A stretch of 64,000 nucleotides of DNA from Coriobacteriia bacterium. GTDB lineage: Bacteria; Actinomycetota; Coriobacteriia; Coriobacteriales; UBA8131. Position numbers and translations under genes: made by a program. Below the pieces are notes generated by a model. That model worked only from the letters and a program-made list of their open reading frames with translations, was not told the origin of the DNA and made no database searches. Shown here one piece after another: positions 41,123-50,400 of this stretch. Positions within the stretch are counted from its first letter, which is position 1. Every line of letters begins with the position of its first letter. Location of the stretch: the NCBI GenBank assembly GCA_009783085.1, contig WRHU01000001.1, positions 128,196-192,195 on the forward strand, in the 5' to 3' direction.

Positions 41123-42073
41123 TTAGCCACCCTCGCCATAACCAAAACGACGTATCTGGCTGGCATCGCGCCGCCACCCCTTGCGCACCTTAACACGCAA
41201 GTCAAGATAAACATCGGCGGCAAGAAAATGCTTTAGGTCTTGGCGCGCAGAAGTGCCAATGGCCTTTATCATCGAACCCTTTTTGCCCACAATAATGCCC
41301 TTTTGCGATTCGCGCTCAACATAAATAATCGCATAAATACGATAGAAGTTTCGCTTGGGGTCAAACTCAAGCTCCTCAACCATCACGCCAACAGCGTGGG
41401 GAACTTCATCAAAAGTTGACGTAAGGATTTTCTCACGAACAAACTCCGCAACGATTACTTCAAGGGGCTGGTCAATGCCAATTCCCTCGGGAAACCAGCG
41501 GGGACCTTCTGGCAAATAGGAGCGAGCCGTTTTAACAAACTGCGCAATATTGTGGCCTTCAAGAGCGCTGAGTACCACGGTATCGGCAGCTTGAACCACG
41601 GCCTGTGCCCGTTTAATTTGCTCTGCAATAGTGTCCTCGTTCGCAAGATCAGATTTTGAGATAACCAAAATGCAGGGAGCTTTACCTGCCGACACAATGT
41701 CTGCAACCCATGCATCGCCCTTGCCAAAGGGCTGGCTCGCATCAACCAAAAACGCAACTAAATCAACGCCTTCAAGCGCCTTAAGCGCCGAGCGATTGAG
41801 TTCATCTCCAAGAGCATCTTTGGGTTTGTGGAGTCCGGGGGTGTCAACTAAAACCATTTGAAACTCAGGGTCGTCAAGAACGGCCCTAAAACGATGACGC
41901 GTAGTTTGCGGTGTGTTAGAGGTAATGGCAACCTTGCGCTGCATGAGTGCATTTATCAGGGTGGATTTTCCCGCATTCGGACGCCCAATGAGCGCAACAA
42001 AACCAGACTTAAAGTCCTCAGTTTGCGGCGGCTCAAAGCCAGGGGCTGCTTGCTCGTTTACGTAGTTGTCCAT
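41123..42073 (-). CDS. era: GTPase Era
   Basis: G1 GRPNAGKST, G3 DTPG, G4 SKSD and a KH domain C-terminus. ATG 42073 is preferred. The ORF extension to 42226 overlaps dgkA and is non-homologous. Confidence 0.95.
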   Translation of the reverse strand: MDNYVNEQAAPGFEPPQTEDFKSGFVALIGRPNAGKSTLINALMQRKVAITSNTPQTTRHRFRAVLDDPEFQMVLVDTPGLHKPKDALGDELNRSALKALEGVDLVAFLVDASQPFGKGDAWVADIVSAGKAPCILVISKSDLANEDTIAEQIKRAQAVVQAADTVVLSALEGHNIAQFVKTARSYLPEGPRWFPEGIGIDQPLEVIVAEFVREKILTSTFDEVPHAVGVMVEELEFDPKRNFYRIYAIIYVERESQKGIIVGKKGSMIKAIGTSARQDLKHFLAADVYLDLRVKVRKGWRRDASQIRRFGYGEGG

Positions 42074-42090
42074 AGTTTTCACCACTATGC

Positions 42091-42450
42091 CTATCCAGCA
42101 AGACGCATAATCGCGCTGCAATAGATAATCAGCCCTACCACAGCAGCAATGAGTGCCATGATGAGTACTGCGCCTGCGGCAGCATCTTTTGCTGTTTTGG
42201 CAAGAGGGTGGAGGTCGGTAGAGCAACGGTCAATAGTGGCCTCAAGCGCCGTATTAAGACATTCAAGCGTGAGCACCAAGCCCACCAATATAAGCACTAC
42301 CGCCCATTCGACTGGAGTAAGGCAAACAACAAAACCTCCGATAACCGCAGCCACAGCAACCGCAAGTTGGATTTGAAAGCTACGCTGGGTGCGTGCCGTA
42401 TGCGCAATGCCCGAAAGCGCACAAGAAAATGCATAAACTAAATGTTTCAT
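42091..42450 (-). CDS. dgkA: Diacylglycerol/undecaprenol kinase DgkA
   Basis: 119 aa with 3 TM helices and motifs ECLNTALE and AKD.AAGAV. Confidence 0.9.
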   Translation of the reverse strand: MKHLVYAFSCALSGIAHTARTQRSFQIQLAVAVAAVIGGFVVCLTPVEWAVVLILVGLVLTLECLNTALEATIDRCSTDLHPLAKTAKDAAAGAVLIMALIAAVVGLIIYCSAIMRLAG

Positions 42451-43052
42451 AACTCCCCCTGCTCGTACGGACGCTCTTGTTCTTGAACAAAAGCGTCAAG
42501 TTCTTTATTGGTACGGAGATAATCACCCCACTGCAAAAGCAATTCATCTTCAAGGGCTTGCATGATGGCGTAATCGTCATCATCAACGTGGTCGTATCCC
42601 AAGAGATGCAAGGTTCCGTGAATAAGCATTAGGTGCATCTCGTCAGTAAAGCTGGACTCGAACTCTTGAGCGTGCTTGCGGGCAACGGCTGGTGCAATTA
42701 CTACGTCGCCCAGCACAAAAACCTCGCTTGCGCTCTCGTTGTTTTCCTCCGCAGAGCTGTTAATTGAGCTGTCGCTTGGGCTGCCAGCGGCTTCATCTCC
42801 AAGGTCTTCGCCAAGCCCCTCGTCAAACTCGTCATCAACTTGGTCACAGACAAAGGAAAGTACGTCGGTGGGTTCGTCCACCTCACGATAAATGCGGTTA
42901 AGCTCCTGTATTTCATCAAGGTCAACCAAAGAAACGGCAATCTCAGAGCCGTCAACCCTGCCCTGATTTTCAAGCACAAAAAGTACGCAGTCGCGGTACA
43001 GGTCAAGCGGTAGCGCCTCTCCGCTCCGGTTATCTACTGATACGGTGTTCAT
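42447..43052 (-). CDS. ybeY: rRNA maturation endoribonuclease YbeY
   Basis: HGTLHLLGYDH zinc motif. About 50 aa longer than usual because of an acidic insertion. ATGA overlaps on both sides. Confidence 0.9.
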   Translation of the reverse strand: MNTVSVDNRSGEALPLDLYRDCVLFVLENQGRVDGSEIAVSLVDLDEIQELNRIYREVDEPTDVLSFVCDQVDDEFDEGLGEDLGDEAAGSPSDSSINSSAEENNESASEVFVLGDVVIAPAVARKHAQEFESSFTDEMHLMLIHGTLHLLGYDHVDDDDYAIMQALEDELLLQWGDYLRTNKELDAFVQEQERPYEQGEL

Positions 43053-44026
43053 GGTTTAAGCTCCAGACGTTCCTGCCGCTGTTCGTCGGCGGCATCATAG
43101 GCGGCAACAATGCGTTGTACCAAGGAGTGACGCACTACGTCTTTGCCGGTAAGTTCAACAAAAGAAATGTCACGCACGCCTTCAAGAATGCTCCGCACCC
43201 CAATAAGCCCACTAGTGCGCTCTGGGCGGTCAAGTTGGGTCACATCGCCCGTTATGACCATGCGCGAGCCAAAGCCAAGCCGGGTAAGGAACATTTTCAT
43301 TTGGTCGGCGGTGGTGTTTTGCGCCTCGTCAAGAATGATAAAGCTATCGTTGAGCGTACGCCCACGCATAAAAGCCAAAGGCGCAATCTCAATAATTCCC
43401 TGCTCGATAAGCTGGTTGCCACGCTCCATGTCCGTCATGTCAAAGAGTGCGTCATAGAGCGGCCGAATATAGGGGTCAATTTTATCGTTGAGCGTGCCGG
43501 GGAGATAACCCAGCGACTCCCCTGCCTCCACCACCGGACGGGTGAGAATAACGCGGCCGATTTCTTTGCGCTTAAGAGCCGCAACTGCCATCGCCATAGC
43601 AAGATAGGTTTTGCCGGTGCCAGCAGGGCCAATGCCAAAGGTCACCGTGTGATTGCGAATGGCATCAACATAGCGCTTTTGTCCGCCCGTTTTGGCACGA
43701 ATAGCCTTGCCGCGGTACGTGAGCAAAATATCCTCACGCAAAATGGCAGGGGCAAACTCACCGCCGCGGATAAGGTCAATGGACTGCGAAAGATTGGTCG
43801 AGGTTATCTCATGACCGCCCTCAAGCATTCTAATGAGATCAGAAAACAGCGCAGTAAGCATCTGAATTTCGAGTGCATTGCCGTGTATTTCAACGTAGTT
43901 TCCGCGAAAGGTAATGCGTGCATCAAAGTTGTCCTCTATCTGGCGGAGGTGCGCATCATTGACGCCAGTTATTAACGACGGATCGAGAGTGTCGGGAATA
44001 GTAAGTGAAACCTGTGTGAGTTCCAA
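43049..44026 (-). CDS. phoH: PhoH-family ATPase
   Basis: Walker A GPAGTGKTYLA and LDEAQN motifs. TTG start preceded by AAAGGAG. Confidence 0.95.
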   Translation of the reverse strand: MELTQVSLTIPDTLDPSLITGVNDAHLRQIEDNFDARITFRGNYVEIHGNALEIQMLTALFSDLIRMLEGGHEITSTNLSQSIDLIRGGEFAPAILREDILLTYRGKAIRAKTGGQKRYVDAIRNHTVTFGIGPAGTGKTYLAMAMAVAALKRKEIGRVILTRPVVEAGESLGYLPGTLNDKIDPYIRPLYDALFDMTDMERGNQLIEQGIIEIAPLAFMRGRTLNDSFIILDEAQNTTADQMKMFLTRLGFGSRMVITGDVTQLDRPERTSGLIGVRSILEGVRDISFVELTGKDVVRHSLVQRIVAAYDAADEQRQERLELKP

Positions 44027-44121
44027 ATTGCTCCTTTTTATAACAATTTATTGCGGCTTGCAAGGGTAAAGCACATTGCCGCACCGTAAGCTTTACTCGT
44101 AGAACCTTATCATACCAAAAC

Positions 44122-45450
44122 TCAATTAAACACCCGTTTTACACCGATAATATCGCTTCTTTGTCCGTTCTTAACAGGCCAAATTACCACCTTATTAGGC
44201 CAAGACTCAATGACGTTTCCATTGCCAAGATAGATGGCCACATGAATGACTGTTCCTCCACTACCATAAAAAATCAAATCTCCTCGCTTTTTTTGGCTGT
44301 AGGGAACCGTTTTTAGCTTCTTAGAAGCCCAGAGGTTTCTGGACTCATATTCATAGCCGGGCTTAGAATGACGCACGCTGCTCACGGGGTACGGGTCAAC
44401 ACCGGCGGCATACAGGGCTTGCATGACGAGCCCGGAACAGTCTGCTCCTTGTGACGGTGTGCCAGAAGCTCCCACCACGTAATCTGAACCAAGGTAATCC
44501 ATGGCCCTGTCAATCATCGCGTCAATATGCTGTTTTTTTGTGCTGGAAGGGTTTACCTTAATGGGCGACACATACGCACCGAGCGTGTACCAAGATTTCT
44601 CCGAAAAGCCCATTTTGAGCCAGGTTGCTTCATTGACAACGCCAGTTGCCTTAAGTTTGTGCTTTTTTTGAAATTGCATGACCTTTGATTTTGTTTGGCT
44701 GGTATACCGTGGCCAATGCTTGCTGCCAATGCCAAAATAGCTGTTGACCTTTCTTGTTTTGAGCCCCATGTAACCAATGCTTAAGCTATAAGCTCCCGAA
44801 TGTTTAAGCGCAATCTCGTCTTTAATTTGCACATATTTTTTGGGATTTTGGTAGTAACGCTTGGGTTTTATCGTAGTGGTTGCACTGGTATAGGCGGTAC
44901 CCTCAGGGCTTTCAGGAATAACTATTCTCCATTTTGATGAGGCGAGCTTCCACCAGTCTTTGGGAAAGGCCAGCGTTACTGATGCACTTCCTGAGTTGGG
45001 AAGCGTGAGGGTTTTCTTGGTAACCCATTTATCTTTCTTGCACATTTGGAGCTTAAGGGTGCGCCCATACGCAGGACTTACCGTAATAGTTTTCTTGAGT
45101 GTGCTTCGGGCTTTTTTGGTGATTTTTTTATCGAGGCTGGTTGCCGAGGTAGTTTCTTTTTGTGAAGTGGGCGGTGTGGTTGATAGCACCTCTCCCGCCT
45201 GCGCACCGCTGTTGCTGGAGGAAACGCTGTTGCTGGAGGAAAGCTTAGTATCGCCGACGTTCGGCTCTGCCAACGCATCTAGTTCCTCGTCAGGGTATTC
45301 CTCCGAAAGGGCATACTCTGGGGTATCGGTGCAGTCAGTGCTGGCGTCAATATCAGAGATTTCATCGGCGTGCGCAAGCGGCGCAAGGCTCACCAGCAGG
45401 CACAGCGACAGAGCAAAACTCAGAAAGATTTTCAGGTACTTCAAGCGCAC
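44122..45450 (-). CDS. Secreted NlpC/P60 peptidoglycan hydrolase with PG-binding domain
   Basis: Signal peptide (LSLCLLVSLAPLAHA), PG_binding_1-like segment VMQFQKKHKLKATGVVNEATW, catalytic DCSGLV and GDLIFY...HVAIYLG. Confidence 0.85.
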   Translation of the reverse strand: MRLKYLKIFLSFALSLCLLVSLAPLAHADEISDIDASTDCTDTPEYALSEEYPDEELDALAEPNVGDTKLSSSNSVSSSNSGAQAGEVLSTTPPTSQKETTSATSLDKKITKKARSTLKKTITVSPAYGRTLKLQMCKKDKWVTKKTLTLPNSGSASVTLAFPKDWWKLASSKWRIVIPESPEGTAYTSATTTIKPKRYYQNPKKYVQIKDEIALKHSGAYSLSIGYMGLKTRKVNSYFGIGSKHWPRYTSQTKSKVMQFQKKHKLKATGVVNEATWLKMGFSEKSWYTLGAYVSPIKVNPSSTKKQHIDAMIDRAMDYLGSDYVVGASGTPSQGADCSGLVMQALYAAGVDPYPVSSVRHSKPGYEYESRNLWASKKLKTVPYSQKKRGDLIFYGSGGTVIHVAIYLGNGNVIESWPNKVVIWPVKNGQRSDIIGVKRVFN

Positions 45451-45802
45451 AGGCTCACTCCACAGTTAGTAAATCGGGGTGTATATTTTATCATACTGCC
45501 CCCTTTTCTTTCCACTTGCACAGGTCATATTTGCGCAAAGTTGAAGTGCATATTTTCCTGTTGTCAAATACAAAATTGTTTCAGGAATGGAAGGCGGCAG
45601 TATTGTTTTTCCAGCTCAGGGCAACACTGCTCCCTCAAGTAAGAACTGGCTAATTTATCCTGAGAATTGACCTTCACAGTGATGATGCAGGGAAGTCAGC
45701 TAGGCATAAGCACTAGCTGACTTCCAAAACAAAAACCGCCGGGATACCGCCCACTCGACTGGGCCCTGTATTCCTTAAGAGGTATAATACCACATTTTCA
45801 TT

Positions 45803-48604
45803 CTATTTCTTAACCTTGATGGTTACGGTCTTTGTTGCCTTACCTTGCGAGTTTTTAGCCGTAATGGTTATCTTATAGGTTCCCGGCTTAATACCCTTTT
45901 TGATAGTGAGCTTGCCTGTTTTGGAAATCGAAATCTTTTTGGCAATGCTCTTAGGTGCTTTTGTTATGCTGAACGTAGGAGCAGGAAAACCTTTGACCTT
46001 AAAGGCAATGGTGGTCTTTTTATAGTTCTTCTTTAAGGTAACTTTTGACTTGCCACCCGTAATAGTAGGTTTAACAAGTTTTTGGTTTACCTTAACCGCA
46101 ACGGCCTTGTTAACGGTGCCAGAAGGATTTTGGGCCTTGATAGTAAAGCTGTAGTTTCCTGCCTTAAGCCCCGCCGGTATCGTTAAAGCACCAGCAGGTG
46201 TAATACTAAAGCCAGCCGGAGCACCTACCAAAGATACCGTAGGTGCAGGTGTGCCTGCAATGGTGTAGTTCTTGGTCAGCTTGGCATAGCCTTCGGTAAG
46301 GGTAATGGTAGCGTCACCTGAGATGGTAGGCTTTGCTGCCGTTGCCTGCGGGCTTCCTTGTGGCAATACTTGCCCCTCGTTGTTTTTAAGCCACGTCTCA
46401 AGCGCAGCAGTATTGCTAATAAAATTATTCTGACATTCCAGATAGCATAGATATTTATTCTTGCTTATATCAAGGGCGGCAAGATTATTGTAGGCACAAC
46501 GTAGTTGAAAAAGATTAGTGTTCTTGCTCACGTCAAGCGTGGTGAGGCTGTTACGCTCACACCACAAATTCCCAAGATTAGTGTTTTTGCTAAGGTCAAT
46601 AGAGGTGAGTTTGTTTCCATGAGTTGCCTCATCATTGTTTCCAAAATCCAACAAATATAGATTTACATTCTTGGTAATATCAAGAGCTTTGAGCTGATTG
46701 TTGCCGCACCACAAGCTTACCAGCGCAGTGTTTTTGGTTACATCAAGAGAGCTGAGCTGATTGTCAAAACACGATAGTCGCTCCAATTGTGTGTTTTTGC
46801 TTACATCAAGTGCTTTGATTTTATTGTAGTCACAAAAAAGGATATCTAGTTCAGTGTTTGCACCCACATTAAGTACGACAAGCTGGTTCAAGCCACAGTC
46901 AAACCAGCGTAACTCAGAGTTCAAGCTTACATCAAGGGCGGTAAGCTGGTTAGTGTGACACCATAATTCGATAAGCATAGTATTTTTGCTTACATCAAGT
47001 ACAGCAAGTTGGTTCCAAGCACAACTCAGCCACATCAGCTCAGTGTTATTGCTTACATCAAGGGCGGTAAGCTGGTTGTCGTAGCAATAGAGCATCCCAA
47101 GCGCTGTATTGTTGCTTATGTCCAGTGTGCTTAGTTGGTTCTCATAACAGTTCAGCCACATCAGCCCAGTGTTATTACTTACGTCAAGCGTTGAAAGCTC
47201 AGTGTTACCACAACTTAAATCCGTTAAGTTAGTGTTCTGGGTTACGTCAAGGGTTCCAAGAGGGTTGTCAGAGCAATGCAAAGCTCCCAACTGCGTACAG
47301 ACGCTTACATCAAGAGAACTTAGGTTGTTGCCCGAACACTCCAAATAAACGAGTGCTGTTGCGGCGCTCACGTCAAGGGAGTCCAAATCACACCAAGCTA
47401 ACTCAACGCTAACAACATCAACGTTATCAATATCAGCTGGAACAACCACCGCTGAGGAGGCTCCTACGTAGTCATAAATGTAAATCCCACCATCGTCCTC
47501 ATAATACTTGAGGCCAGCAGCGGTAGTGGCGCCACCCTGCGGCATTACTTGACCCCAATGATCAGCATCGTCCAGCCATGCCATAAGCGCAGTAACGTCA
47601 GTAATGGAATTGTAGGAACAGTCTAACCAGCTCAGAGCTAAATTATTGCTTATATCAAGAGCGGTAAGATTATTGTAGGCACAATCAAGGTCTTCCAGCA
47701 AAGTATTGTTGCTTACATCCAGCGTAGTAAGTTGGTTGTTGTAGCAATAAAGACAATAGAGCTCGGTATTTTGACTCACGTCAAGCGTAACAAGTTGGTT
47801 GTTGTAGCAATAAAGACAATAGAGCTCGGTATTTTGACTCACGTCAAGCGTAACAAGTTGGTTGTTGACGCAATCAAGATGATAGAGCTCGGTATTTTGA
47901 CTCACGTCAAGTGTTGCAAGCCCAGTACTATCACAATCCAAATAACCCAACTGAGCATTATTGGTCACATTAAGCGTTTCAAGTGAATAATTGTAATAGC
48001 AATATAAGGTTCTCAGCTGCGTGCAAGCGCTTACGTCAAGTGAGTCTAGGTCACAGTCTACGAGCTCGACTTCAACAATATCCATACCATTTATTTTTTC
48101 TGGAACTATGACATTCGAGGTGCTACACCCATCTACATAAACCTCATAGCCATCATCCCAGTAGTAAAGACCAGAGACCACATCGTATCCGCTGGATAGT
48201 GGTGTTATTGTTTCATCATCGCTGCCTGTTTTGGCTCCTTTTGTTTTCTTGTCTCTTTTGGTGCCATGAGCCTTTTTGTCATTTTTATTGCTTTTGCTGT
48301 TCTTGTCTTTTTGGTAGCCTTGTTGAGCGCCAAAGCTGCTGGCATCTCTTTTAGCCTTGCTCTCATCAGAGCCCGTTTTTGCCGCTGAGCTATCAGTGCC
48401 ACCTGCAGCTTTTGTGTGTGGCGCAGGCTCGTTAGCAAAAGCGCTTGCGGGTGCAGACGCAAAACCCGAGCACACCAAAGCCAAAGCAAGGAGCATGGCA
48501 AGCAGACGCTTAGAAAGCGCTGTAGGCGTGGCTCGTTTGATTGGAGGAGGAGAGCTTAGCTTGGGATCAGAGAGAGAGGATTTACTACGTGGTTTACCAA
48601 TCAT
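45803..48604 (-). CDS. Secreted leucine-rich-repeat surface protein with two C-terminal Ig-like domains
   Basis: Signal peptide (LLAMLLALALVCSGFASAPASAFA) and a Lys/Ser-rich linker. Two blocks of about 21-aa LRRs (LxxLDVSxNTxLxxLxCxxNQ) and two repeats of about 85 aa (PTI(S/T)G...). ATG 48604 follows AAAGGAAA. No LPXTG motif. Confidence 0.8.
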   Translation of the reverse strand: MIGKPRSKSSLSDPKLSSPPPIKRATPTALSKRLLAMLLALALVCSGFASAPASAFANEPAPHTKAAGGTDSSAAKTGSDESKAKRDASSFGAQQGYQKDKNSKSNKNDKKAHGTKRDKKTKGAKTGSDDETITPLSSGYDVVSGLYYWDDGYEVYVDGCSTSNVIVPEKINGMDIVEVELVDCDLDSLDVSACTQLRTLYCYYNYSLETLNVTNNAQLGYLDCDSTGLATLDVSQNTELYHLDCVNNQLVTLDVSQNTELYCLYCYNNQLVTLDVSQNTELYCLYCYNNQLTTLDVSNNTLLEDLDCAYNNLTALDISNNLALSWLDCSYNSITDVTALMAWLDDADHWGQVMPQGGATTAAGLKYYEDDGGIYIYDYVGASSAVVVPADIDNVDVVSVELAWCDLDSLDVSAATALVYLECSGNNLSSLDVSVCTQLGALHCSDNPLGTLDVTQNTNLTDLSCGNTELSTLDVSNNTGLMWLNCYENQLSTLDISNNTALGMLYCYDNQLTALDVSNNTELMWLSCAWNQLAVLDVSKNTMLIELWCHTNQLTALDVSLNSELRWFDCGLNQLVVLNVGANTELDILFCDYNKIKALDVSKNTQLERLSCFDNQLSSLDVTKNTALVSLWCGNNQLKALDITKNVNLYLLDFGNNDEATHGNKLTSIDLSKNTNLGNLWCERNSLTTLDVSKNTNLFQLRCAYNNLAALDISKNKYLCYLECQNNFISNTAALETWLKNNEGQVLPQGSPQATAAKPTISGDATITLTEGYAKLTKNYTIAGTPAPTVSLVGAPAGFSITPAGALTIPAGLKAGNYSFTIKAQNPSGTVNKAVAVKVNQKLVKPTITGGKSKVTLKKNYKKTTIAFKVKGFPAPTFSITKAPKSIAKKISISKTGKLTIKKGIKPGTYKITITAKNSQGKATKTVTIKVKK
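47731..47919. repeat. 63-bp tandem repeat x3 inside the LRR gene (two copies identical)
   Basis: Units 47731..47793 and 47794..47856 are identical by eye. Unit 47857..47919 differs at a few positions. Each unit encodes one 21-aa LRR (NQLVTLDVSQNTELYCLYCYN). Confidence 0.9.
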
Positions 48605-48740
48605 GAGTGGTTTCCTTTCTTTTAATTGTGGCTCATAAGCCGCCACCCTTATGTACCGCACACACTATACGCTCCTCAAACGCAAAATGCAAGGGTTTTT
48701 AGGGGAAATGGCACTACAACCACTATGGACAACACACGCT

Positions 48741-48970
48741 ATCAACCTATCACTCTTCCGCTAGACCCCGCGTCAAGCGCGGGGCGACAAACCGTCAATT
48801 CTGGTGCGACAAGCATAGGATTGCGGGTCAGGCCCGCAATGAAAGAGCCTTTCTGGGCAACAACCGTTACTAACCTACCGTTCTTCCGCTAGGCACCGGG
48901 TCAAGCCCGGTGCGACAAACCGTCAAGCCCGGTGCGACAAACCGTCAAGCCCGGTGCGACAAACCATCAG
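48741..48970. repeat. Two copies of the leader-plus-hairpin intergenic element, an extra hairpin and 2.7 copies of a 22-nt tandem unit
   Basis: Copy 1 hairpin is CCCCGCG-TCAAG-CGCGGGG (48766..48784). Copy 2 hairpin is CACCGGG-TCAAG-CCCGGTG (48894..48912). A third hairpin is TTGCGGG-TCAGG-CCCGCAA (48821..48839). Tandem units GTGCGACAAACCGTCAAGCCCG start at 48910, 48932 and 48954. Confidence 0.85.
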
Positions 48971-49059
48971 GTGCAGGGCGACATGTTCAACAGTGGTAGA
49001 GGTGGTCGCGCCGCATGGGTGACTGCAGTCAGATGACGGTTGGTGCGGCGGTGAGCAGA

Positions 49060-50382
49060 TTATTCAACTAAGGTTGCGGCTTTGCTGGCAGAAAAGGTAA
49101 CGGGCACAAGGCTGCCTGGTTCGTAATCGCCACTAAGTTCAACAACGTGATAGCTTTCAGACGTACCCCGCTCGGGGCTTTCAACAAGAACCAGCTCGGT
49201 CGTACCTATGCGACGCTCGGCATCGGCGGTGGCAAGCTTATCGGCAAGGTCAGAAAGCTTTTTAGCACGCTCGGCCTTGACGGGCGCAGGCACTTGCTCC
49301 TCCATCTCGGCAGCAGGAGTGCCGGGGCGACGAGAGTAGCGAAAGATGTGTATTTTGGAAAACTCTGCCCATTTGCAAAGCGCCATCGTCTTTCTAAAAT
49401 CATCGTCAGTTTCGCCGGGAAAACCAACAATAACGTCTGTGGTAAGCGCAAGCTGTGGCAAAAGACTCTTTGCACGGTGCGCAATAATCTCAAACTGTGA
49501 GGAAATATAAGGGCGCTCCATAATACGCAAGATGCGATCTGAACCCGACTGCAACGGCAAGTGAAGGTGAGCGCACAGCCTACCCTCAGAATGAACCATA
49601 CATCTCAGCAAATCGTGCGTTACGTCAAGGGGCTCAAGTGATGAAAGCCGTATGCGAGCCTTAGGGGCAGCCTCAAGACTTGCCTGCAAAAGCGAGGTAA
49701 GGTCATAGTCCTCGTCGGAATAACTTCCCATATTAACGCCGGTAAACACCAGCTCGCGCGCACCTGCACGAGCAGCTCGTTTTACCTCAGTAAGCACTTT
49801 TTGAACTGGTGTTGAAACTGCAACTCCTCGCACCGTTGAAACAATGCAGTAGGTGCAACGATTATCGCAGCCGTCTTGAATCTTTATGCCAACCCGTGTG
49901 TTAAAGCCCTCGCCTACCCGCAGTGCGTCGTCGTCGCCAAAGTCCATGGCGATAACAGACCCTGCGCCTTTTGAAGTGGTTTTTGCTTGGGCAGTTTTTT
50001 TCTTAGCTGAGTTAGATGAGGTTCTCTTTCCACGTTTTGGGAGTTCGTCAAGTAACTTGAGGGCTCGCTTGAGGGCAACGGCACGATCAGGCTCAACAAC
50101 CACACGCTCCCCCAGCTTCGCAAGTTCCTCTGCGTGTAAAACAGTTGAACAACCTGTTACCACAACCCATGGCTGCTGCTCAAAAGCGTGTGCCTGGCGG
50201 ATTGCCTTGCGTGTTTTGGTATCAGCCTCTGACGTAACCGTACAGGTGTTGATAACGATAAGAGCGGCGTCCTCACGCTCGACTCCCTGCGCGCCACTTT
50301 TGAGCAGCTGAGCGCGTATGGTGTCAGATTCCACGCGATTGACCTTACAGCCAATGTTATGTACATAAAAGGTTGCTTTCAT
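49060..50382 (-). CDS. mtaB: Radical-SAM methylthiotransferase (MiaB/RimO family; MtaB by synteny)
   Basis: N-terminal UPF0004 Cys triad region, CDNRCTYC radical-SAM motif and a TRAM-like C-terminus. Follows rsmE as in Bacillus yqeU-yqeV. Confidence 0.85.
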   Translation of the reverse strand: MKATFYVHNIGCKVNRVESDTIRAQLLKSGAQGVEREDAALIVINTCTVTSEADTKTRKAIRQAHAFEQQPWVVVTGCSTVLHAEELAKLGERVVVEPDRAVALKRALKLLDELPKRGKRTSSNSAKKKTAQAKTTSKGAGSVIAMDFGDDDALRVGEGFNTRVGIKIQDGCDNRCTYCIVSTVRGVAVSTPVQKVLTEVKRAARAGARELVFTGVNMGSYSDEDYDLTSLLQASLEAAPKARIRLSSLEPLDVTHDLLRCMVHSEGRLCAHLHLPLQSGSDRILRIMERPYISSQFEIIAHRAKSLLPQLALTTDVIVGFPGETDDDFRKTMALCKWAEFSKIHIFRYSRRPGTPAAEMEEQVPAPVKAERAKKLSDLADKLATADAERRIGTTELVLVESPERGTSESYHVVELSGDYEPGSLVPVTFSASKAATLVE

Positions 50383-50400
50383 ATTTCTATCTTACTACAC

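Noticed and set aside
44122-48661. Mobile element or genomic island carrying the LRR and NlpC/P60 genes.
   Set aside because: No integrase, transposase, inverted terminal repeats or flanking direct repeats were found. It is kept only as an accessory-looking locus, not called a mobile element.
48766-48912. Reading the hairpin element as a sigma-70 promoter (the TTGAC in the loop-stem junction plus a conserved TAGGTT downstream on the minus strand).
   Set aside because: The spacing between TTGAC(C/G) and TAGGTT is 21 nt at all three copies, which is too long for a standard -35/-10 pair. It is noted but not annotated as a promoter.
48662-49059. Small RNA gene (6S, tmRNA, RNase P, SRP) in the long mtaB-LRR spacer.
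   Set aside because: None of the conserved boxes of these RNAs are recognisable. The structure present is explained by the repeat hairpins reported above.
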